A DNA stretch of 64,000 nt from NCBI GenBank assembly GCA_963789265.1, contig CAWBKB010000001.1, positions 864,001-928,000 on the forward strand, given 5' to 3'. The notes under the pieces were generated by a model. It saw nothing but the letters and a program-made list of their open reading frames with translations, had not been told where the DNA came from and ran no database searches. Below, piece after piece: positions 39,176 to 49,102 of the stretch. Position 1 is the stretch's first letter, and each line of letters starts with the position of its first letter. Origin of the DNA: an uncultured delta proteobacterium (GTDB taxonomy: Bacteria; Desulfobacterota; Desulfomonilia; Desulfomonilales; Desulfomonilaceae). Both the position numbers and the translations under genes were made by a program.

Positions 39176-42100
39176 GATTGCCCTATGGATCGTCACGAAA
39201 TTGAAAATGGTGGGGAAGGAGAATTGCAACGTGAATAATCCCGCTGAATTACAGGATCCTCGTTTCGTAGAGATCTCTGGAGGCCGGCCAGGCACCCTGC
39301 GGCCCCTTTTTTCGATTCTCGCACTTTGTCTGATTTTCCTGGCATTTCTCGCTTTCGCTTTCGCTTTGCAGCACAAGGGCTTTAATTCAGCGATGGTATA
39401 TGACGGCGCTGCTCTGATTCACAACAACGCGGCCAAGTTCGCCGAACACGATCCCGGAAAAATCATGAGGCTGGTCCCGGTAAGGCCACTGTTTATGCTG
39501 AGCCTCTACTACAATTATGTATTGGCAGGAATGGAACCGTACTATTTTCGGATCGGGAATATGCTCGTAGTCGCTGCCGGCGGCCTGGTTCTGGTGTTGC
39601 TGTGTATGATCGTTTTCGAAATTCCAGCTCTGGGGTTGCCGGGGACGAGGTTATACAAACAGGGTGTGAGTGTTTTCCTCGGTTTGCTGTTTGTCGCCCA
39701 TCCCTTACAGAACTTTGTCGTTCTGTACGAATGGCAGCGAGAAGCCAGCATGGCTTACTTTTTTTACTTTTCGACCCTTGCCATGTATCTGGCAGTGCGT
39801 TCAGGCCGCTTCCGCCATACGGTCCCGGCTTACATCCTCACGGCTATACTCTTTCTGGTCGGACTATTGAGCAAGGAGAATCTGGCCACAGTCCCCGTGG
39901 TATTCGGTTTGGCAGAAGTAACACTGTTTCGCCAAACTCTTAGGGACTTGCTCAAGAGGGCGCTGGTAGTAGCCTCGATAACGGTCCCTTCCATAATCGC
40001 TTACATATTGGCAACCGGGTATTTGCACGGGCAAGCAGGCGCACACACCTGGGGAATTGCCAGCCGTCTTTCCGATTATTACAAATTCAGCGGGCAGACC
40101 TTTCCGCAAGTGGCGCTAACCGAAGCTCGGATCATCTTTTCCTATCTTTCGATGATTATAGCTCCCTTCTTATTCCCACCGGAATTTATCAGGGCGGAAA
40201 CAATTTCTACCTCGCTGCTGCATCCTCCTGCCACTTTAGCCGCCTGCGCGGCAATAGTTGCTTTGGTCGGCATTAGCACAGTGTGGTTACGAAAAAGACC
40301 GCTGATTGCGTTCGGCATTCTCTTCTATCTTATAGTCTTAATCCCTGAATGTCTCTTGATCCCGCAATACCTGTTCTTCGGTTACAGGGCGATCCTGCCG
40401 ATGGCGGGGGTACTGCTTATAGTCGGGGCAATAACACTCCCTCTCCTCGAATGGGGCAGATCGAATTTGTCCGCGACGACCTTCAGATCCGCTTTGGCCC
40501 TGGCCTCAATTATTCCGGTCGCCTGCCTTGGCGCGGTAACATTTCCTCAAGCTAAGAGCTGGAGCGCTCTCCAGTTTTGGAAAAGCCCGGCGTCTCAGTT
40601 GCCGAACTATTCCGAGAACGTCGAAACCGTCCCTTTTCTGGACATCACTGTTAATTACATGTCCAACCTGCTTGTATCAAAGAATTATTCCGAAGCGATA
40701 AACCTCTTCGGAAAAGTCAGCCAGACTAATATCCAGCCTGAAATGTCTTCACCAAAGCCGGGGGCCACGGTTTACAAACCTGAGCAAATCAACCAGGCCG
40801 CGGCGAAGTTCGTAGAAAAATTTAAAGGAAGACCTCATAGAACTTCTGCGGCTCTACTCGCGCTCGGCGGGGCACTCACATCCACGGGGAATTTGTCCGA
40901 GGCGATGACGGCATACAGGAAAGCCATCCAGGTCGATCCTTACAATAAGAATGCCCTTATGAATCTTGCCGGCCTTTTGTCTCAGACGGGAAAACCGCAG
41001 GAGGCCGTACATCAGTACATTAAAGTCATCTGCTTGGACCCTAAATCCGTGCCGGCGCATTACGGGCTGGGTCTCGCTTTGCAAAGGGCAGGCCGCCGCG
41101 ACGACGCTATAAAGCTGTACCGCAGAGCGATAGAGATTGATCGTCGCTCGGTGATCGCCTACAACCTGCTGGGGCAAGCGCTTAAAGAATCCGGGAAGTT
41201 GCACGAGGCGATACGACAATACAGAAAAGCCATCCGGATCGATCCCAAGTCTGCTGATTCTCACCACAATCTTGGAATGGCGCTGGCCAACTCCGGCAAC
41301 GCTTCCGAAGCGATAAAAGAATATCGCAAGGCCCTTGAGATTAACCCCAAGCTACAGAGTGCACATTGTAACCTGGGCCTTGCTCTGGAATACGCGGGGA
41401 ACATTTCCGAGGCGATGAAGGAGTACACCAGAGCGATCGAGATAGACACCCACTACGGTATTGCACACAATCTTTTGGGCGGAGCGCTCCGTAAATCAGG
41501 GAAGTTGCAGGAGGCAATAGATGAGTTCACAAAGGCGGTAGAGCTTGATCCAGGTTCTCCCATTTTGCACTGCAATCTTGGCATGGCGTTGGCTAATGTC
41601 GGAAGAGGCACTTATGCGATAAAGGAATACCGAAAGGCCCTCGGCATTAATCCTCGGATGGTGGCCGCGCATATCAACCTCGGGCTGGCACTGGAGCACT
41701 CCGGTCGGCTTGCAGAGGCCATGAAGGAATACGAGAGGACCATAGCGATCTCTCCCCGTTTTGCCATAGCGTACAAGGTTCTTGGCAGCGCCCTGGACAG
41801 AGCAGGAAATCACACGCTGGCGCTGGAGTACCTTAAAGTCGCGGCCAAACTGAACCCGAGCTTGCTTAACGGTGATTATCGTGTGGCTCACGACTTGTTG
41901 AAGAATGGGAAGGTAGCTGCTGCGATAGTAAGCTTCCAAAGAATTGTGGAACAGAACCCCGACCTTGCCGCGGCCCAGGCAAATTTGGGTCTCGCTCTGC
42001 TGAGAGACGGGCGAACCAGCGAGGCTATAACGGCCCTCGAAAAGGCCGTGGCGCTCAACAAGGACAATGCTGATACTTTCTACACACTTGGGCTTGCATT

Positions 42101-42263
42101 TGCAAAAGTTAACAGAATCTCTGAAGCGATAGATAGTCTTAAGGCTGCGCTGGTCGTAAACCCTCGTCACACAAATGCGAAGCAATATCTCGAACATTTG
42201 ATGAGCCGAAACAGGCAGGCCGAAAGGCCCGTGGTCTCGCCGGGCTCACAGGCGATCAATTGA
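39174..42263 (+). CDS. Multi-pass membrane protein with TMTC-like GT-C domain and long C-terminal TPR array
   Basis: About 11-13 hydrophobic segments with motifs VRPLFMLS, LLFVAHP...QR, LLSKE, YRAILP; about 13 34-aa TPR units (AHCNLGLAL...EA...Y.KA..I.P); start codon uncertain. Confidence 0.85.
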   Translation: MIALWIVTKLKMVGKENCNVNNPAELQDPRFVEISGGRPGTLRPLFSILALCLIFLAFLAFAFALQHKGFNSAMVYDGAALIHNNAAKFAEHDPGKIMRLVPVRPLFMLSLYYNYVLAGMEPYYFRIGNMLVVAAGGLVLVLLCMIVFEIPALGLPGTRLYKQGVSVFLGLLFVAHPLQNFVVLYEWQREASMAYFFYFSTLAMYLAVRSGRFRHTVPAYILTAILFLVGLLSKENLATVPVVFGLAEVTLFRQTLRDLLKRALVVASITVPSIIAYILATGYLHGQAGAHTWGIASRLSDYYKFSGQTFPQVALTEARIIFSYLSMIIAPFLFPPEFIRAETISTSLLHPPATLAACAAIVALVGISTVWLRKRPLIAFGILFYLIVLIPECLLIPQYLFFGYRAILPMAGVLLIVGAITLPLLEWGRSNLSATTFRSALALASIIPVACLGAVTFPQAKSWSALQFWKSPASQLPNYSENVETVPFLDITVNYMSNLLVSKNYSEAINLFGKVSQTNIQPEMSSPKPGATVYKPEQINQAAAKFVEKFKGRPHRTSAALLALGGALTSTGNLSEAMTAYRKAIQVDPYNKNALMNLAGLLSQTGKPQEAVHQYIKVICLDPKSVPAHYGLGLALQRAGRRDDAIKLYRRAIEIDRRSVIAYNLLGQALKESGKLHEAIRQYRKAIRIDPKSADSHHNLGMALANSGNASEAIKEYRKALEINPKLQSAHCNLGLALEYAGNISEAMKEYTRAIEIDTHYGIAHNLLGGALRKSGKLQEAIDEFTKAVELDPGSPILHCNLGMALANVGRGTYAIKEYRKALGINPRMVAAHINLGLALEHSGRLAEAMKEYERTIAISPRFAIAYKVLGSALDRAGNHTLALEYLKVAAKLNPSLLNGDYRVAHDLLKNGKVAAAIVSFQRIVEQNPDLAAAQANLGLALLRDGRTSEAITALEKAVALNKDNADTFYTLGLAFAKVNRISEAIDSLKAALVVNPRHTNAKQYLEHLMSRNRQAERPVVSPGSQAIN

Positions 42264-42322
42264 CCGGGTCCTCGATCGGCGCTATGGCTCTGGTAGCTGT
42301 CTATAACATACAGTAATTTTGC

Positions 42323-42352
42323 TTGACACTTCATGTTAGCTTACCCTAATAT
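42323..42352 (+). promoter_or_regulatory. Putative sigma70 promoter for the Thr-rich protein gene
   Basis: TTGACA-18 nt-TAATAT in an AT-rich intergenic region. Confidence 0.4.
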
Positions 42353-42717
42353 GAATTAAGTTGAGTTTTAGGAAGATATTATGCTTGGACTGTACTCAGA
42401 TTTGGTGCGGTCGCGAAAATTAATGTTGCACATTTGCTGGTTTCGGACAGATCGTAACGACAAAATCATGGTAAAGGGAGAGTGAGTGTAATGGACACTC
42501 TCAACCGAGGCTGGTTCGGCCGGACGGTTCATTAATCGGGTCCAAAACTATCGCTTCTTTACGCTCGTTGCCTTATGTCGCAACCGAGAAGTAGCGGGAA
42601 GTGGGGTTTGGGATATCCGGGTATCGTGACAATTTGGAGTAGCCGAAATCTGAACCGAGGGTTCGGACTGGGTTCCATCTTCATTGTTTGCATCCTCCCG
42701 TTCGGGGACGAATCTTT

Positions 42718-44442
42718 ATGGAGGGCCGCGAAATGATAAGACGTGAGTATGGTTGGGGAATGGGGATTCTCTTAGCAGTGGCTTTAGTCAGTTGTTTTAG
42801 TTTGCCGCGATCTTGGGCAGCGGACCCAAAGGGGGAGGCGCTTCTTACCCAAGAAGTGGGTAAAATCGAGCGAACTCAAGGTGCAACCATGGTAAGGCGG
42901 GCCGGCGAAACCGAATTCGGCCTTCTCACCAGTGGGGACCCCGTATTCGTTCAGGACACTATTGGTACAGATCCAACTGACAAGAATGCCAAGATCTGGT
43001 GGCGACACCCTGCACCCGCGAAGATGGACGCTTCACTCGGTCCCGACTCGTTGCTCGGTTTTGTTGCCTACGGCGAGGAGGGGCCGGTTTCGTCTTTCGT
43101 CGGCGCTGTGTCGAAGGGGATGGTCCGGTTCATAAGGAAACTCCCGGCAACAGATCCTGCCTCCTCTTTCACGATCATGACCCCGACGGCTCTCGTTCAG
43201 GTTGTCCCCGCTGATCGAGCCGCTGACTACGTAGTGTCGGTGATAGACGACAATCACACCGCCGTCACCGTGATTTGGGGAGTAGTTGTGGTAAAAAACG
43301 TATCTGACCAGCTCACCCAGGAACGACAGTTAACTTCGTGCCAAATGGTTATCGTCGAAAAAGATAAAGACCCTTCCGAGGTCATGGGAGTTGGGTCTGA
43401 CACCTTAAGAGAATTAATTCAGCTTACGACGATCCCCCATACGTTGCCTACGGATGTCCCGTCTTGCGAACCGCCGGCCCAACCTGTGCCCCCGGAAGAG
43501 TACATCCCGCCTGAATTTCCCGAGGTGATTGAGGGCTATCCCGGAGAAGAATACGGGCCCCCAGGCTTTATTCCCGTCCCGGTTCCATTTCCTCCTCACA
43601 CTTGGGACACGACCGATACGACGGATACAACTATAACGGAGACTACCGGCACGCTCGACACCACTCCGACTATATTTACTCCGATAACTCTGATAACTCC
43701 GATAACTACTATTGACACCACCAACACTCTATTGACCCTTATCACGCCGCTCACATTCGACACGATAAATACGATGTACACCATCCCGACGCTGCTCACC
43801 CTTGATACGATAAACACTATTCCCACCGGCTTAACGTTCAACACTCTCTTCACCTTGCCGACTATCTATACGTTCGATACCGCCATCACGCAGATTCCCA
43901 CTGTCCTGACTCTTGACACTTTCATGACGCTCAATACTCTTGTCACGTTCGACACTTCCAACACGCAAATCCCCACACTGATCACGTTCAACACAATCTA
44001 TACGAGTATCCCAACATTCTTCACGCAAGGTCCGATCGACACGACCTATACAGGCCCGATCGGGCCAGTGACGCTAGACACCACGACAACTGTTCCCACA
44101 GTTTCTACGCTGACTACAATACCCACGGTTAGTACCGCCACGACATTATCTACTTCAATATCCACAGTCTATACAGGCTATCCCACTTTTTCCACCGGGG
44201 GAGGGACGAGTGGCACCGGCCAGCCGTTCATCCAGACCTTCCACACTTATTCAACAGGCGGAGGTGTCAGCACCATGCATACTTTCCAAACCTTTTCGAC
44301 TGGAAAAGGTGAGGGCAACACCGGCCGTCGTTACTATCGTCCCAAGTCTAAGGGAGAAAGCGGACAGAACTTGATGCAGGAATTTAACAAACAGAACCAG
44401 GAGCAACCGCAGATGCAGAAACATGAATTTCACCGACGGTAG
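42718..44442 (+). CDS. Exported protein: FecR-like beta domain, Pro/Glu linker, (Thr-X-X)n repeat region
   Basis: Signal peptide ending SWA; GDPVFVQDTIGT...KGMVRF...FTIMTPTA...VTVIWGVVVVKN resembles FecR-like domains; T-X-X periodicity from 43600 to 44306. Confidence 0.8.
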   Translation: MEGREMIRREYGWGMGILLAVALVSCFSLPRSWAADPKGEALLTQEVGKIERTQGATMVRRAGETEFGLLTSGDPVFVQDTIGTDPTDKNAKIWWRHPAPAKMDASLGPDSLLGFVAYGEEGPVSSFVGAVSKGMVRFIRKLPATDPASSFTIMTPTALVQVVPADRAADYVVSVIDDNHTAVTVIWGVVVVKNVSDQLTQERQLTSCQMVIVEKDKDPSEVMGVGSDTLRELIQLTTIPHTLPTDVPSCEPPAQPVPPEEYIPPEFPEVIEGYPGEEYGPPGFIPVPVPFPPHTWDTTDTTDTTITETTGTLDTTPTIFTPITLITPITTIDTTNTLLTLITPLTFDTINTMYTIPTLLTLDTINTIPTGLTFNTLFTLPTIYTFDTAITQIPTVLTLDTFMTLNTLVTFDTSNTQIPTLITFNTIYTSIPTFFTQGPIDTTYTGPIGPVTLDTTTTVPTVSTLTTIPTVSTATTLSTSISTVYTGYPTFSTGGGTSGTGQPFIQTFHTYSTGGGVSTMHTFQTFSTGKGEGNTGRRYYRPKSKGESGQNLMQEFNKQNQEQPQMQKHEFHRR

Positions 44443-44577
44443 CGGGTCTGACGAACCGGGGAAACCACGAACGATAAAGAGGTCTGAGACCTCGTCAGAT
44501 TGGGGCAGTCACACCAACCCGGAAGGCGCAGATTTTCCGGAAGAATGACTGCCCTATCTTTTTCGGGTGACCTATCC

Positions 44578-45729
44578 TCAGTACCGCAATATGGCCGCGA
44601 CGCGCCTGTCATCAGGCACATTTTCCGGCTCTACGGCATAAACCGATCCGCCGTTGAGCAAGGTCCGGATGGCTGCGAAATCGAGAAGATCTTCGTCGCC
44701 GGGTTCGGCTGTATCATGCAAACGCACCGAGTCGGTATCGCCGTCGAAAGATCCCCATCGTTGCACGCCGAGCGCCACAAACAACACCTCCACTCGGCCG
44801 TGATAAGCGCCCCTAACGATATCTTCGAGGTCCTTGGATGTTCTGCCAGTTCCTGCCAACCTGTTGTACAAGCCGACCGCATCCTGTTGCGCCTTCTGGA
44901 AGTAGGGCTCAATGATGCTCCAGGCTTGCTCATGTAACTGCTGGGCAGTAAGGCCTTCAGGATTCCCGGGAATGCCTTGATCCAACAAATTCCCATAAGT
45001 GTTGGCTTCTTTGTAGATAGGGAATAGATAATCGACCGCGGCCAGCACCAAGGGGGCGTGCTCGTTCCCTATCAATTCGTGTAGACCTTTGTCTACTTGC
45101 CGAAGGAACTGAAGTATGTTCTCTTTGGGATCATCCGTCCCGCCACCGTGGCCATGAAAGGCAGGGGCTCCCTTTCCGGCCCCGCCTTGGGGGAAGGCCG
45201 GCCACTGGATCTGTTTTTCAGGAGTGTCCGGCCGCAAGGCTTCTTCTAAACTTCGAGGCACTCCATTTAGATCTACGTCATCGACGCTGTAACGGGTTCC
45301 TTGCAGAAGTCTCACCTGGTTTTGACTCAGGGCCAAAATGTAAAACCTCCCATCACCGCTAAGGAGAGGAAGCATCGGCTTCAAATGGAACCGATCTGAA
45401 ACAACCACTAACTCTTCGAATCGGATTGGAAGGTTATATTGTAAGTAGCCTCCAGAGGAAAAGAACACTGCCAGTCCATCGCTCTGATGTGACCAGAACA
45501 GATTGTCCTGAATCAGTGCTTGCGCCGGCTGGAGCAGGTCCTTTGCCTGAGGAGCGCGAAGTCCGTTCCGGATCAACTTCTCCTCGGCTACCTTGAGTAA
45601 GTTCTTGAAACGGATGCGATCCTGTTGGGTCTCCGGTCCGACCCTGTGAGAAGGCAGAAAAACCGACACGCAAGGACTTTCGCGTCTCTCCATCAACGTC
45701 CTTAATTCGCTCGTGCTCAAAAGGCTCAT
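44578..45729 (-). CDS. Bacterial archaeo-eukaryotic release factor family protein (baeRF3/baeRF7-like)
   Basis: PCVSVFLP...DRIRFKNLL, FHLKPMLP, FHGHG, PLVLAA, GRVEVL, AAILRY C-terminus. Confidence 0.75.
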   Translation of the reverse strand: MSLLSTSELRTLMERRESPCVSVFLPSHRVGPETQQDRIRFKNLLKVAEEKLIRNGLRAPQAKDLLQPAQALIQDNLFWSHQSDGLAVFFSSGGYLQYNLPIRFEELVVVSDRFHLKPMLPLLSGDGRFYILALSQNQVRLLQGTRYSVDDVDLNGVPRSLEEALRPDTPEKQIQWPAFPQGGAGKGAPAFHGHGGGTDDPKENILQFLRQVDKGLHELIGNEHAPLVLAAVDYLFPIYKEANTYGNLLDQGIPGNPEGLTAQQLHEQAWSIIEPYFQKAQQDAVGLYNRLAGTGRTSKDLEDIVRGAYHGRVEVLFVALGVQRWGSFDGDTDSVRLHDTAEPGDEDLLDFAAIRTLLNGGSVYAVEPENVPDDRRVAAILRY

Positions 45730-45841
45730 GCTTCATGCCCCTTTCTTGGATGGAAGACCAGTCAATTCCAATTGCCCGAGTTGCGCCATCTGTGGCTCTC
45801 GTGTGGGCACCTGTGGGCTCCTAATGAAGGCACGTCCCAGA

Positions 45842-46114
45842 CTATGAGCCCGTACCTTCAATCGAGCCCTTGACCGTTTCCCCCGCGGCTTCTCCCTCAG
45901 GACACGAGGAGCACAATTCACCTTCGGGGCCCGGTCGCACCAGACCCCGCCGCACCGCCTCGCGGTTCGCTATCAAAACGCTCATTTCCTCGTCATATTT
46001 TGCTTTCTGTTCCGGACCGGCCTCTTCCATGGCAGCTTCAAATTGAGCTATTTGAGCGTCACACTGCTCTACCACGGATTCCACTCTACGTTCGTATTCT
46101 CCTTCGTTTTCCAA
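45842..46114 (-). CDS. Small acidic coiled-coil hypothetical protein
   Basis: Helical Glu-rich ORF with CSSC, upstream of the baeRF gene on the same strand; start uncertain. Confidence 0.5.
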   Translation of the reverse strand: MENEGEYERRVESVVEQCDAQIAQFEAAMEEAGPEQKAKYDEEMSVLIANREAVRRGLVRPGPEGELCSSCPEGEAAGETVKGSIEGTGS

Positions 46115-46403
46115 TTTAAGTTCCCCCTTTGCAGTTTCACAAATCGAGCGATTTCGATGTGTAACAATTCCCGCGTCATCTTTGACGCCACCTCTAGTCT
46201 CAATGCCAATGGACAACACCACTACTTCTTATAATTTAGCCTTGGACAAGGTTCATGTCAAAAACATGTAACAATTAACCGCGGAGAACGCAGAAACCGC
46301 AAAGAATTCGGTATTCTTCGGCACGTCTGTGCGATGCAGCATGACGAGTCGCGGTCTCTGGCGCTAAGTCTGTCCGCCGCCATTTAGAGAGGCGGGCTGA
46401 TAC

Positions 46404-46635
46404 CGATTCGCTTTCAAACAAGTGACACAGTGTTTTTAGTGGGGCAGGCATCTTGCCTGTCGCCATGCCCTCGTACGCGGGCATCAATGGTAGGGGCAGA
46501 CCTATGTGTCTGCCCTGAGCGGACACGCGGGTCCGCCCCTACATGCCCGGATCGAAGTCCGGGGTGACGCATGGCAGGCAGGACGCCTGCCCCACCATGT
46601 CCTCGCGGGGATTGTCACTTGTTTGATGGCGCACT
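46404..46635. mobile_element. MITE-like element with 14-bp perfect TIR and nested REP palindromes
   Basis: TCAAACAAGTGACA (46414-46427) and TGTCACTTGTTTGA (46613-46626); internal GTAGGGGCAGAC...GTCCGCCCCTAC. Confidence 0.7.
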
Positions 46636-46806
46636 GGGCTGAGAAGGCTTTACCTTGTCAATCGAGGTACTGCCTGGATTAGTCGGTTAATCGTCGTTCA
46701 CTAGAAACGCAGCATTCTTGATAGAGTTTAAGTGACCCCTGTCTAAACAGGGGTCGAGCAACATTCTGTCACGCCGGCCTCGACATGGCCAAGCTTCTCC
46801 TCTGAC

Positions 46807-47793
46807 TTATTGGCCTTCAAACAGACGGCGGGGATTGTCTTCAATGATGGTTTTGATCTGATCGTCGCTTGCCCCTCCTTTTTTCAGGGCAGGGATGATG
46901 TTATTGAACAAGTGAGTGGGGTGCCAATTGGCGACAAATTGTAACGCAGGCTCCGGCAACTGAGGCGGCCGGCCCAACCACGTGCAAATCGTGTCATGAG
47001 AAATCAGGAGCCGGTCGGTATAACCCTTGGCAATCAGGTCGAGCATAACGGCATACCGATCTGCATCTCTGGGGCAGCCCACGAGGACCTCCAGGCCCAT
47101 GCGGTCCCAGGAAACGTACACTCCCTGATCGAGCGCCCTGACTTGATATGCGACATCAAGGTTGTCGCTCATGTGACCAACCTGGATGCGTTTGGGGTTC
47201 GCTCCGGCCGCGATGAGAAACTCTGCCTGCTCCGGCCCCATAGTTCCTTCCTGGGTATGGGTGATGATAGGAACGTTTGTTTCTTTCTGGACCCGAGCAG
47301 CCGCGCCCAGCATTAGCTTCTCATAATCGGTGATGCATCCCTTGCTGGTGCCCACTTTGATGACGCCGGCTTTGATCCCGGACCCCCGAATGCCCACCGT
47401 TACCTCCTTCATGAAAAGTTCGTAAATCTCATCTCTCACATCTCCCAACATGGAGCGGAATTTCCAGTACGCAGCAGCTCCTTCCCCTTCGAAGTAATAC
47501 CCGGTGGAACAGACGATGTTCACTTCGGATTTTTCCGAGATTTCTTTCAGCACGTCAACGTTTCTGCCGCAGTCGGCGGGGGTCGCGTCAACGTAAGTCC
47601 CCAGACCAAGACCCTTGAGTTGTTGGAGAAGCGCGACACCTGTCTCGACTATGGCCAGATGATTAAAGGGAGCCATAGTCTGGTCACCTTCCCAGCCCGG
47701 GTACCCAAACACCATGTGTTCGTGAACCAAGGTCACACCCAACTCCTCGGGAGAGATCCGCCCCAGGACGGTATTGATTTTGGCTGCTCCCAT
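46807..47793 (-). CDS. Phosphotriesterase-family metallohydrolase (PTE-like lactonase)
   Basis: TLVHEH, DATP..CGR, GVIKVG, ITHT, GHM, SHD, DNPRRLF. Confidence 0.92.
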   Translation of the reverse strand: MGAAKINTVLGRISPEELGVTLVHEHMVFGYPGWEGDQTMAPFNHLAIVETGVALLQQLKGLGLGTYVDATPADCGRNVDVLKEISEKSEVNIVCSTGYYFEGEGAAAYWKFRSMLGDVRDEIYELFMKEVTVGIRGSGIKAGVIKVGTSKGCITDYEKLMLGAAARVQKETNVPIITHTQEGTMGPEQAEFLIAAGANPKRIQVGHMSDNLDVAYQVRALDQGVYVSWDRMGLEVLVGCPRDADRYAVMLDLIAKGYTDRLLISHDTICTWLGRPPQLPEPALQFVANWHPTHLFNNIIPALKKGGASDDQIKTIIEDNPRRLFEGQ

Positions 47794-48107
47794 CGGTCTT
47801 CCTCCTTTACTTCAGTTTTCTGATACTTTGCCCGTTCCTGTTCCTGCAGTCGGCGCCACGGTATCATACCAGTTCCGATCTTGGGCAGCCACTCAACGAA
47901 CTCGATCAGGGGGGTACTTTTACGCCGACATCTGCTCCTTCGACCATTTGACGATCCGCTCGGCTGTGACCTTGATCATTCGCCGGGCCACAAGTATACG
48001 ATTATGTGTGGGCCGATGCTTCTATTGCATGCTACAATCGCGCCTGGTATAATTGTTTAAAGGTTTAATGGATACAAAAAATACTGCAAAGGAGGAGGAG
48101 CACTAAA

Positions 48108-48503
48108 ATGAGCAAAGTCGGAGAATTGTACCAGAGTGCTGATTGGAAAACCGAGAAACATGTCCCGGTAATCGAATGCCCGGACGCAGTAGCTGCCGAT
48201 GAAATGTTTGAAGTGGCAGTAGCATTGGGAAAGGAAGTGTCACACCCTAACACTACAGAACATCATATCAGGTGGATTCAGCTTACTTTTAAGGCTGAAG
48301 GGGAAAAGTTTTCCTACCAAATAGGGAATTTCGAGTTTACCGCCCACGGAGAGTCGGCTGATGGGCCCAACACGGGTGCGGTCTATACCGATCATTCGGT
48401 GAAGGCGAGATTCAAGACAAAGAAACCCGGGGAATTGTTCGCCACTTCATTCTGTAACATTCATGGGTTGTGGGAGAGTTCCAAAGCCATCAAGATCAAG
48501 TAG
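48108..48503 (+). CDS. Superoxide reductase, neelaredoxin type (class II SORL)
   Basis: EKHVP, HPNTTEHHIRW, CNIHGLW iron ligands. Confidence 0.93.
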   Translation: MSKVGELYQSADWKTEKHVPVIECPDAVAADEMFEVAVALGKEVSHPNTTEHHIRWIQLTFKAEGEKFSYQIGNFEFTAHGESADGPNTGAVYTDHSVKARFKTKKPGELFATSFCNIHGLWESSKAIKIK

Positions 48504-48574
48504 CCCGGCTCGCATGATGCCCACGTTCTTCACTCTGGAAGCCCACCGAAACTGAACTCAAGAACACGTCCTCT

Positions 48575-48740
48575 AAATCCCCTCTAACCCTCCCTTTAAC
48601 AAAGGGGGGGAAGGGGGGGATTTGGGGATAACTAATTGAAAATCCCCCTAAATCCCCCTTTACAAAAGAGGGACTTTGAAAGCCCGTCAGTCGTCTGAAT
48701 TGCTCAAGACCAAGCAGCGAACTCTAGTTTAACGCCTATG
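48575..48740. repeat. Family A hairpin repeat ending in TTAACGCCTATG
   Basis: Homologous to 10115-10259. Confidence 0.7.
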
Positions 48741-48751
48741 GGGGGAAGGGG

Positions 48752-49102
48752 GGCATAGTCGTTAAAATAGGCTCCAGGTCCTCTTCGTCCCGAAGGGACG
48801 GCACCATAATAGCCCGGTGATTTATCGCCGGGAATGAACGGTCGAGAGATCCTTCTTCGTCCCTGAAGGGCGCTCGAAGGTTTTCATCCTTCGAGCGCCC
48901 TTCAGGGACGAAGAACTGAATCATTGCTCATGGGTCACCCGGCAATGAATTGCCGGGCTACTTTCTATCGCCCCTATGGGGTTCAAATGCAAGGGTCCCG
49001 GAGGGACGGCAGATAGTAGCCCGGTCCCGCGCAGAACGCGGGATTGCCGGGAAAAGGAGCATCGTGCTACGAATTTCGCTCATGGTTTGATTTTTAGACA
49101 GT
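48752..49102. mobile_element. Family B REP/MITE-like element (inverted copy of 33582-33911)
   Basis: Long reverse-complement match including the GAAGGGCGCTCGAAGG palindrome and CCCGGCAATGAATTGCCGGGCTAC. Confidence 0.75.

Noticed and set aside
40880..42200. Repeated ~102-bp DNA units
   Set aside because: Explained by TPR coding repeats
42503..42659. Three AACCGAG motifs spaced 79 and 71 bp apart (CRISPR-like spacing)
   Set aside because: Only 7 bp shared, flanks differ, and no cas genes are present
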